DNA of 64,000 nucleotides from a virus: IMG/VR virus record IMGVR_UViG_3300002038_000006, positions 154,100 to 218,099 of that record; one strand, 5' to 3'. Shown piece by piece: positions 8,229 to 17,500 of this stretch (position 1 is its first letter; each line of letters starts with the position of its first letter). The notes under the pieces were generated by a model. It saw only the letters and a program-made list of their open reading frames with translations, ran no database searches and was not told where the DNA came from. The position numbers and the translations under genes were made by a program.

Positions 8229-9766
8229 CATTCCCATTCAAAATGGACCATATCTTCATCCTCTATTGAGGAGCCTACCGTTTGGGGTTTCCCCTACTCT
8301 ACTCACTTTAATCACTTCCGTGACCAACTGATTATTACACTACAGTTGTCATTAGTTCACACATTGGCGAATGTAGTTTTCGATGGCCTCTGAACACATC
8401 CCCTATCCGTAGACTTAGGGACTTCGCTGCGTCGGTTGTACCTCCACTAAACGTTTTTACCGTTCTACCCTCTTCCATTACTGGGGATAGTGTCGTAGTG
8501 TGTTTCCACCTACGAGTGGTAGTTTAGTAGATTATGGGTATTTTCCCGCAATTAGGTAGGTTTATCTTAGACGCATTACTGCGTCTGGGAGACCTATGTT
8601 GAAAATTTTAAACAATTGAGATATCGTATTTCGATAATTCTAATGATAACATTTTCCTAAGTCTTCTTCTATCTAAATCAAGATAGTTCAGTACTATGAG
8701 AGGAATTTTCTTACCGTTAGCCAATCTTAACTTGTCCCAATCCCTAGCCTTGCATTCTTCTAAAGCTTCATATCCACCGAACCTTTCCACAGGTTCGTAA
8801 TGTTGGATACCGTGGAACTCTATAAGAATTTCAAACTTGGGTAGAAAGAAATCGTATCTATATAACGACCCGTCGAATTTATATTCTCTTCTAAACTCAA
8901 TGCCATTTATATCTAAAATGTGAGCTATCTGTCTCTCACCGAGAGATTCTCTACATCTTGGACAACCCTGTTTCTGAGAAACATGTCGGTTGGGAATAGT
9001 TTTGAAAGGACCATGTTTTTTACAAACCACCGTTATTGGGGTTTTGTTATTAACATATTCGACTTTATCATAGTTGTATATATAGCCATGTACTTGCTGT
9101 GCGTCTTGTATAAACTCGCCTAGGGTCTTTTTAGTAGACTCCCTATGGCAAGTTGGACAACCAGAGCCATTTAAGTGAACTCTAGCTTTCTGATAGAAGT
9201 ATCCATGTTTTGGACATCCTAATGTGACAGCTTTTGTATACCCTTTAAAGCTAACATTACCATAGCAGTATTTATCGCCATGTACCAACTTAGCTTGTTC
9301 TAAAAAAGTACCCTCGTCCATTACGGATTCCGATTGGGCACACGCTGGACAATTGGTACCTAACTTATAGTGGTTATATGGCTTAACTTTGAAATCGCCA
9401 TGTTCCCTACAAGTTATGGTTACGGGAGTATCTACATTTCTGAAAATAACCTTATCGTAACTGTATCTATCTCCGTGTTGTTCCTTTGCTAGCTTAATAA
9501 AGTAATCCTTACTAAACTTACTGGAACAGCCTATACATCCCTTAGCTCCTCGCATTAGATAACATGGTTTAGTTGTATACTTACCATGACTAACGCAATG
9601 AACTACTATGGGTTTTTTAGAACCTAGATATTCGGACTCAGTAAAATCTAAAGAGTCTCCATACATTTCTTTCATTGTGTCGTAGAATTCTTTTTCTCTA
9701 CGTTTAAAACCTTTTAACATAATACATATCTCATGGATACTATTCACATAAGATATGTTGCCTTTT
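8229..9766 (-). mobile_element. Group I self-splicing intron in the vRNAP beta gene, carrying a homing endonuclease
   Basis: 5' exon ends GGGAGAU and pairs with intron GUCUCCC (8587-8593), giving the U.G splice pair. P AATTGCGGGAA, Q GACGCAGC, R GTTCAGAGGCCAT and S AAGATATGGTCC are present; P3 CCTACC/GGTAGG; terminal G at 8229. Splicing restores in-frame KQRGD|LPIRK. Confidence 0.92.
8608..9720 (-). CDS. Intron-encoded homing endonuclease: four CxxH...CxxC zinc-finger repeats plus a C-terminal PD-(D/E)XK/Vsr(DUF559)-like nuclease
   Basis: Repeats CVSHG/CREHG/CPKHG/CKKHG..CxxC; nuclease segment SLGE...YRYDF...LIEFHGIQHY. Start revised to MLKGFK at 9720, inside the intron. Confidence 0.8.
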   Translation of the reverse strand: MLKGFKRREKEFYDTMKEMYGDSLDFTESEYLGSKKPIVVHCVSHGKYTTKPCYLMRGAKGCIGCSSKFSKDYFIKLAKEQHGDRYSYDKVIFRNVDTPVTITCREHGDFKVKPYNHYKLGTNCPACAQSESVMDEGTFLEQAKLVHGDKYCYGNVSFKGYTKAVTLGCPKHGYFYQKARVHLNGSGCPTCHRESTKKTLGEFIQDAQQVHGYIYNYDKVEYVNNKTPITVVCKKHGPFKTIPNRHVSQKQGCPRCRESLGERQIAHILDINGIEFRREYKFDGSLYRYDFFLPKFEILIEFHGIQHYEPVERFGGYEALEECKARDWDKLRLANGKKIPLIVLNYLDLDRRRLRKMLSLELSKYDISIV

Positions 9767-11176
9767 ATCTCCCCTCTGCTTAGCCATGTGGTAAACAACA
9801 CCGTTAGCTTTAAACTTACCATGCTTATCTACACTAGGTAGTTTAACATGTACGGTAGATGGTTTCCCGCCAAGTGGAGTTAATTGGATAGAGTAGTGGT
9901 CGTACTTATTAGCAGCGTCTACTACTGTCTCACGTTTAAACCCAGTTACAGCTACACCAGTATTCTGAGTGTTCAGAACCATAGCAGCTATATCTTTCTC
10001 CATAACCTTATCGATGTAATGTGCATCGGCAGTTTTAAGAGAAGACTTAAGCATGGTCTTATCTAGAACACCATCTAAGTCTGGGGCTGTCCACTCCGGG
10101 ATACTAAGGTCAGCACTGGTGACTTTTGCTTGCTCATCAAGATTGCCACTTCCCGTAGTAGCGACGATGGTCTTATACGAGTTGGCCAGACGTACGGCGC
10201 GTTTGTATTCGGGTAACGACATTTGACCTGAGTCTCGTAGCTCCCTTGCTTTTGTTTCGACAACCGAAGAACGGTCGTCAGTGAAAACGTTAGTAGATAA
10301 ATCCAAATCTTCATCAGTGAAATCTTCTTCAGTTGTTGCAGTTGCAGTTTCAAGTTCCTGTAACTTAGTGATGTACTGAACGAAAGCTTTATCGAATAGA
10401 CCATTAATGGCTTCCCCGTCATCAAGCTTCTCTTTCTTCCACTCTTGGAACTCACCTAAATTCAATACGCTAAACTTACCACCACGAATGAATACTAAAT
10501 TAACGAACTTGATATTCTTACCAAGGATGTCATCTAGTTCATGGTTACCTTGAGTACAGTAGCTCCAAAGATAGAAGAAGTTTAATGCTTCCACTTTCTT
10601 GAATGGTTCTAATGCTTCAAGGGTAGGCTTCTTAGTCAATAGTCTAAGTTCCTCGATGGTAGGTATTACATCAGGTATCTCAATATGGATAAACTGATTA
10701 CGTAACGTTTCATCTGTATACTTGCGAACATTATCCCACAACGTACGATTCATGTTACCCCATTCGTTCCAGCTAGATAAAGCATTACGAGGATAACGAT
10801 ACATGTGTGGAATTAAGGCATAGTTGATTGTTACTAAGTTATTAGCATCACGAACGCCTTGTTCGAATTTTCTAAGCTGGCGTATCTTACGGTTACGCTT
10901 ATGGTAAACCTTAAGTCTTGAACGCATCTCAGAGGCTTTATAACGAGGCCTACCGTTTTCAACAGTTAACTTCTCGATATGCCAACAATGACTAGAGTCT
11001 CGCCCATTAAATAACGGACCACTCTGGTCTGGACCATTTTCGGTCTCATCGGTTGGGATATAATGTAGTAACGATTCTTTAGGGATAATCAAGGCCGCTA
11101 TCTCCGTAAAGACAGGGCTCTTGAGTTTCTCGAAGTTACGTACACCATACTTCCGATAGAAATCAGGATATAGCAT
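9767..11176 (-). CDS. Virion RNA polymerase beta-like subunit (phiKZ gp178-like), exon 1
   Basis: 470 codons ending ...YHMAKQRGD; joins exon 2 in frame to give a 1,323-aa protein. Confidence 0.85.
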
Positions 11177-11188
11177 GGGATAGATTTC

Positions 11189-11482
11189 CTATTTAGTTAA
11201 GTCTTCAACGGTTATATATTTATCATTGAATTCTTCACTACTGAAGATAACAAACTCGTTGTCGTCATTCTTTAAGATGAACTTACCAGTGGCCGCATAT
11301 TTCTTAACTGGTTCAGTACCAGCAATGGACACCATTACGAATACTCCACCATCTGGACCTTTGGTAATCTTACCGCCACCCCAAGCAATTAAAGCTTCTT
11401 GTGGTGATATATTGGAATTGACCCTAGCCCATTCACGAACTTCCATGAAGTCGATTACACTATTCTTTAATACTGCTTTCAT
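11189..11482 (-). CDS. Small hypothetical protein between vRNAP genes
   Basis: 97 aa with GAGG RBS; the C-terminus GKFILKNDDNEFVIFSSEEFNDKY resembles a common small phage domain. Confidence 0.6.
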   Translation of the reverse strand: MKAVLKNSVIDFMEVREWARVNSNISPQEALIAWGGGKITKGPDGGVFVMVSIAGTEPVKKYAATGKFILKNDDNEFVIFSSEEFNDKYITVEDLTK

Positions 11483-11483
11483 T

Positions 11484-13493
11484 TTACAATACCTCTTTGA
11501 GACTTTTTAGATTAACCCTATCCCTGTCAGATAACTTATAATGGTCGGGACTTAGTCCATCGTCTATAAGTGTTTCTAGGACAAGTGTAACGGTATGTTC
11601 TTTAGCGAAAGGTAATCTATCCTCACCTTTGGAGTGTGCAACCCACACTAAAGCAGAGGTGTCTGGCCTAGTAAACTCTTCACCCGGGTCTAGCTCTACT
11701 CGGAATCCCAAATCCTCTAGGATATCACTTACTTCGCCGTAGAAAACATTGGCTTCCGTAGACATCTTCTTTAGGTATTTTGGATTTCCAGTAATTATTA
11801 TGGCTAGGGGCTTATCTTTACGACCTTCGGTAGACGGTCCAGATAATACCTTTTCTGAGCCAAATGTTAAACCACGCAATAACCAATCGATAGTATCTGT
11901 ACCAAACATCTGTAATCCACCACGAGGGTCGATATAACCAGTAGGTTGGTCAAAGTAGTTATGGATTTCTGCTTCTGCATCATCCGACAATAAGAAGTTA
12001 CAACTTACTGTATCACCATCGAAGTCAGCACCAAGTCCGACTAGTCTGTTAGGGTTAACACCAATTGTGTCGAAGAATGGAACTCCATGTCTTGGGAATT
12101 CGTAAGCAACGTGGTCGTCACCTAAAGGTTCCCAGTCATCACCAAGCTCTTTCAGTATATCACCTTCAACTGTAGTTTTTAGATATACAGTAGATGGATA
12201 CGTTGAACCTAAGCCAGTGATTGGATAACGAGTAACTGTACACGTCAACCTATTCCACTCACGATACCCAGCTATATATAAGAACTCAGCATACGTGATT
12301 GCATGACACATTTCTTTACGACTAGGTACAAGACGTTCGTACTCCCCCGGATTAAGAACACGGAAGTTGTTATCGTCTTTGTAGATTAAAGCTAAGTACT
12401 TACCTTCCACTAGGATAGGTTTGTGGCGAATAGTTGCATTACCATAATAGTTGATGAACTTCTCTAGTCCTTCAACGGTAGCCCATCTATCCATGGTATC
12501 AGTAGAAACATCTACCCACACAGTCTTCTTAGACTTACGGTCTACTAGCGGTACGTTATTGCCACCTGTAAAGATTTTAGACAACAGTCCCTTAGACAAC
12601 CAAGAGGTAGCTAGAGGCAACACACCTTTAGCTGTTTGGTAAAGTCCCACAACGGTGTCAGTAGAGTCGATACTACGAGGAGAATCCAAATCGTCAGTAC
12701 CCACATCCATACTAGTGATAACGTTACGCGTTCCGTTAAAGATGCGTCTCGACCCCCACTTAGCTTGAATAAAACCTTTCTTACCTGTAAGGAAATTTTC
12801 GATGTGTTCATAAATAGCATTGGTAGCCAACTGTAATGAATAACGTGAACGGTCGTACACAGGGTCGTTATCATTATTAACGCCAACTAATATAGTGTTA
12901 GCAACTGACAGTACTTTACGATACATGTCATTGATTTCGTCTTCCTGTACATAACCATCTTCAGAGATTTGTATCTCACGTAAACCAGCAGGTAACACTA
13001 ACCATTTATTAGTAGTAGCATTCTCTCTGTAGGTATTAACAACCTTGATACGTAAGTTACGTTGGTCTGAACTAGTTTCTTTTAACTTGAGTTCCTTAAA
13101 GTGACTCATGAAGAAAGCATAACCAGTTTCGCCTTCGATATCATCGGAGGCAACAAAGTCCTTTTCTTTCGGTAACCAAGTAGCGTACTTCTTACCTGAA
13201 AGGATATCACCGTACAAAGCTTTTATTCTTGTAAGGTGTCTGTGAATTAGAGGATGTAACACCTGTACCTTTAAGTCAATAAAGCTAAACTTGTTACTAC
13301 GCTCTTTGGTTCCTGTTGGCCCAAAGATTGAAACAGAGTATAATCCATCCTCATGGAAGTTAGTTGTACCCCCATCGTATATATCCGATACCTTTATAGG
13401 TTTCAGAGCGAGGGTATTCTGACCTGTTAACTTAAGCAGTTCTACGTTGAACGGCAACTTGCCTAGTCCGGTCGACTGGTAACTCATTGTCAT
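11484..13493 (-). CDS. Virion RNA polymerase beta-prime catalytic subunit (phiKZ gp180-like) with C-terminal extension
   Basis: GADFDGD catalytic motif, EDGLYSVSIFG, TRYP. Start revised to MTMSYQ after the AGGA RBS. Confidence 0.9.
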   Translation of the reverse strand: MTMSYQSTGLGKLPFNVELLKLTGQNTLALKPIKVSDIYDGGTTNFHEDGLYSVSIFGPTGTKERSNKFSFIDLKVQVLHPLIHRHLTRIKALYGDILSGKKYATWLPKEKDFVASDDIEGETGYAFFMSHFKELKLKETSSDQRNLRIKVVNTYRENATTNKWLVLPAGLREIQISEDGYVQEDEINDMYRKVLSVANTILVGVNNDNDPVYDRSRYSLQLATNAIYEHIENFLTGKKGFIQAKWGSRRIFNGTRNVITSMDVGTDDLDSPRSIDSTDTVVGLYQTAKGVLPLATSWLSKGLLSKIFTGGNNVPLVDRKSKKTVWVDVSTDTMDRWATVEGLEKFINYYGNATIRHKPILVEGKYLALIYKDDNNFRVLNPGEYERLVPSRKEMCHAITYAEFLYIAGYREWNRLTCTVTRYPITGLGSTYPSTVYLKTTVEGDILKELGDDWEPLGDDHVAYEFPRHGVPFFDTIGVNPNRLVGLGADFDGDTVSCNFLLSDDAEAEIHNYFDQPTGYIDPRGGLQMFGTDTIDWLLRGLTFGSEKVLSGPSTEGRKDKPLAIIITGNPKYLKKMSTEANVFYGEVSDILEDLGFRVELDPGEEFTRPDTSALVWVAHSKGEDRLPFAKEHTVTLVLETLIDDGLSPDHYKLSDRDRVNLKSLKEVL

Positions 13494-13518
13494 TGTGCTG
13501 TTCCTATGATTGGGTGGT

Positions 13519-13546
13519 CTTAATATAGGCAACCACAGTATTTTTT
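13519..13546 (-). promoter_or_regulatory. Putative middle-type promoter, AAAAAATAC-N15-TAAG
   Basis: Variant of the recurring motif, upstream of vRNAP beta-prime. Confidence 0.4.
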
Positions 13547-13566
13547 AATTTTGAAAGGAGTCCGTT

Positions 13567-14595
13567 ATGTCCGACGATATAGACATCGATGATGATGGCT
13601 TTGATAGCTTTGATGATTTCGATGCTCCTGATTTCGACGGTGATGTCGGGGGCGGCAACGAATCACGTACGCCTATAACGGCGGCGGCCTCTAGTTTCAC
13701 CGAAGCAGCTACAAATAATCTACTAAGTGTTAATGCAGCACAACGTGTCCTTAGAAAGGGTTTACCTAAAGGATATGGAGAAGCCGTAGACCTAGCAGAT
13801 GACTTGGCGTATGAGGCTTCTGACCTATACGATAAAGCCGAGAAAAGGTTAGAACCTGCTATTAAATCCACTAAGGAAGCCACACGTGGTCTCCTACCTA
13901 AGGCTGAGGGTATCTTACCCAAATCTGTTTATAAGAAGTTAGCTGATTGGTCAGAGGATACTTCTACTAATAATGCACAGGTTAATGCTGACGAAGAATC
14001 GATAGCAACATCTCTTAGTAGTATCTTTACTACACAGATGGAACAGACCGAGCAGGACAAACAAGAACAGTCGGTTAAAGACAGTCTTAAGACAGAGGTG
14101 GAAAACCAACGTCATGAGAAATCATTTAACCAGATGGGAATAGTACAACAGTCTCTTAGTAGGTTAGTTGGTTATCAGGATAATGTAACTGCTGCTTATC
14201 AGAAGAAGTCATTAGACCTACAATTCCGTCATTACTTTGCTGCACGCGATTTACTTAAATTGCAAACAGCTGGTAACGCAGATGTTATTACTGCATTAAA
14301 TGATATCAAGACCAATACAAGTTTACCTGATTGGGTAAAGACTGAGAACTCTGAAAACTTCCAGTCTATGTTGCAAGACCGTCTTATGGGTGGGACTGTA
14401 GAGAGCGTTGCCGATTACATGGGTAACTTCCGCTCTAAGCTTATTGATGGTATCAAGACTAAAGCTTTAGACAAAGTGGGCGAAGTATCTGATGGTATCT
14501 CTGAAATAACAGGTGGTATAAATCAGTTAACGGAAGCCCAAGCAATGATGGGTGAGTTTGGTGACGAAAACCAAAGCTGCTGGATTTGCCGGTAG
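13567..14595 (+). CDS. N-terminal part of tape-measure-like tail protein (phiKZ gp181-like); frameshifted
   Basis: Strong AAGGAG RBS; helical acidic sequence ending abruptly in QSCWICR where the +1 frame continues. Confidence 0.65.
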   Translation: MSDDIDIDDDGFDSFDDFDAPDFDGDVGGGNESRTPITAAASSFTEAATNNLLSVNAAQRVLRKGLPKGYGEAVDLADDLAYEASDLYDKAEKRLEPAIKSTKEATRGLLPKAEGILPKSVYKKLADWSEDTSTNNAQVNADEESIATSLSSIFTTQMEQTEQDKQEQSVKDSLKTEVENQRHEKSFNQMGIVQQSLSRLVGYQDNVTAAYQKKSLDLQFRHYFAARDLLKLQTAGNADVITALNDIKTNTSLPDWVKTENSENFQSMLQDRLMGGTVESVADYMGNFRSKLIDGIKTKALDKVGEVSDGISEITGGINQLTEAQAMMGEFGDENQSCWICR

Positions 14596-17500
14596 TATGG
14601 TTGGCGACAGTGTCGTTAACAAAATACTAGACGTTGTCGGTAAGGCTGCCAATAAAGAAGGTAGTAAGAGACAATCTTTAGTTAAGACATTTGGTAAGAT
14701 ATCTAACCGTGTACAGGGTTTCGATGGAGAACTTAAAGAGTTCATCGATACTGCTGACCAAAGAGATGGTATCCTCGGCACTATAGGTGGTATGCTTCAA
14801 GAAGTAGCCCCTAGACTGAATGCTGAACCTAGAGTTCTTAGTAACTTAGCTGAACGTGGACATGAACGTGTAGATTGGGATTTACTATCTAGACGTACAT
14901 TGATAGAAGTTATACCTGAGTACTTAGCACGTATTACTCAGAACACACAGTCTATGGCAACAGGGCAACCTGCTGAGAAGATGGTGTATAGTAAACTTTC
15001 TGAATCGTTCGTTAGTGAGGCAGATGCTGTAGCTGAAGCAACTGACAAGTTTGTTAAACGCGATGAGATTAATATCTATCGTGAGCAGAGTGATAAGTTA
15101 CTAGATAAGATATTTGGTAGCGCTAAGATTTCACCCGAAGCAAGACTTGTAATGTCAGAACAAATCCATACTGACGTTAGTCGTGGTTGGAACGTTGACC
15201 CTACTCGATACGTTGAGTCTGGGACATTCGATGAAAGACATGATGCTGGAGCTGTAAGTGAGTTACACGAGTTCTTCCGTGAGAAGTACAAAGCTAAAGA
15301 TGTGAGTGAAGGTGGGAAAGAGAAGTGGGACTTAGACCTAAGTGAGCAAGCGCTTACTAAACTAGGTGCTATCAATCATTCTGGTAGACAGTTAATGTCT
15401 GCTATACCTAACATGCAAGACCCTCTTAAACAGTTCATGGCCTCTGGCGATAAAGACTTGTTAAGAGCTACTGGATGGATAGATAACACATCAGGTACAG
15501 ACCAGTTCAATAGTGAACGCATGACTAGTCTAATGACTGGTCGTTTATCTCTGGATGATTTACAGTCTGAATGGGATAGAGGGCAGTTAAAAGAAGAGCG
15601 TGGTGAGAATGCTACTAAGTGGCGTGACCAAGATAGGGATGAATGGCAATTACGTCAAGAGCAACCAGTGGCTGCTCAACCTGAACGTAAAGTCGAAGAG
15701 TCTCGTCCTACTAGAGTAATGTCTGGTGGTGAACAATCTGTTCTTACTGACCTAACTAAAGTCATGAATCAGACAGGTAGCGATAGTGCTGCTATGCTTG
15801 CCCGTCTAGATGCGGTAGTGTCTGGTGGTACTGAAGTTTACAGCATTAACAACCAGCAACTCGAAGTCTTGAAAGAGATTAGAGAATTACTAGTTGCACA
15901 ACAAGCTTACGAAATGTCTAGCGAAGACGCTAAGATGGGTGCTGAGTTATTGAAGAAATTTAATAGCATGAGTACTGAGAATGGTCCGGGACTTATGTCT
16001 CAACTATCAAGTAAGGTGTTGGATATTGGTAAGTCTGGTGTTGGTGCTTTGGGTAACTATTATAGTACTGTAGGTAACTTAGCTGGTAAGGGCGTTAACT
16101 TTGCAACTGAGAAAGCTTCGTCACTGATGAACTTTGTTGGTAAGAAGAAAGAAGACGTTGATGTATTCGTTGCTGGTCTAAGAACTCCCGCTTTACGTGG
16201 TGAGTTTATCAAGGCTGGCAGATACGTTGATGTTGCAACTGGTAAAGTAATTACTAAACTAGAAGACATTACAGGCGAAGTAAAGGACTTAGAGTCAGGA
16301 AACATTGTACTTTCTGCTGAGGACTTTGCGAACGGAATCTATAACGGTTCTGGTGACTCCTTAATGGATAGACTAGGCGGTGCGGTTAAAGGATTTGCCT
16401 CTGGTGCTGTAGACATGCTTGGTGGTTACTACGGATTCCTTTGGGATACATCCAAGAAGGTTGTTAACTTCGTAAAAGAAAAAGCTATCGGTTATAACCG
16501 TAAGCTACAAGTGCAATCCGACGTGTATGTTAAAAGTCGTATGGAAGACGGTCCAATCTTGCTACGTACTAAACTTCTTCGTGGGGCTTACTTTGATTTA
16601 GATGGGAATGCTATATTCTCCGTTGCTGACATCAAAGGCCCTGTGTACGATGAAGAAGGAAACATGCTACTCTCCGATGAAGATATATCGGACGGTCTTG
16701 TTAATCCTCAGGGTGAAGACATAGACGTATCTGGTATATTCGGCAGTGGTGTTGGAATGGTAGGTTCTGGCATTGGTTTAGCGAAAGCTGCTGGTGGGAA
16801 ACTACTCGACGCACTTAAGGGTTATTACTCTGGTATTGGTAAAGCTGGTAAGAGTCTTCTAGACAAACTTACAGGTGGGTTCGGTGGCGTAACTGTTAAT
16901 GGCGAAACAGATGTTGAAACAATCAATATCTCTGCTAACAACGTTTACTTAACTGGGAACATCGTGCAGGAATCTCCTGCTGAACGGGCGGGTACTGCAA
17001 GTCCTACTGTTACTGAAAAGGTTAACGGCATTGGCGAGCAATTAAAGACCACTACAGAGAATGTTCGCAACCGAGCAGAGAAAGGCATTAAGGATGTAGC
17101 TGACAAAGCTTCAACTATGGCTAACACTGCTGTGGATAAGGTTAAGGACATTGATACTACCAAGGTTGAGGCTACTCTAGTCAAAGCTAAGGAACGAGTA
17201 GGTGAGCGATTCGATAAAGTTAAAGATACCTTAGTTGGTACTGAACTTGGGGAAGACTCTGTACTAGTTGGAGATGCTGATGGTAACGTTAGTATTAAAT
17301 CTGGTAAAGAAGAAATACCTGCTGGTGATGGTACTACTAATGGATACTTGGCTTCATTGCTAGCATACTTCCATGGTCGTGACCTATTGAAAGATGGGGA
17401 TACCGATGGGGATGGGTTCCGTGATGGTGGTTGGCGTTCTAGACTCTTTGGTCGTAAAGACGAAGAAGAAGACGGTGAATCGGATGGGAAGAAGACTGAA

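Noticed and set aside
9721-9822. ORF-track N-terminal extension of the endonuclease
   Set aside because: Overlaps exon 1 in another frame; the ATG at 9720 inside the intron is more plausible.
5667-13532. Inteins in RNAP subunits (also checked UvsX and SbcC)
   Set aside because: No C/S...HN-C/S/T splice motifs or LAGLIDADG blocks evident; the interruption is explained by an RNA intron.
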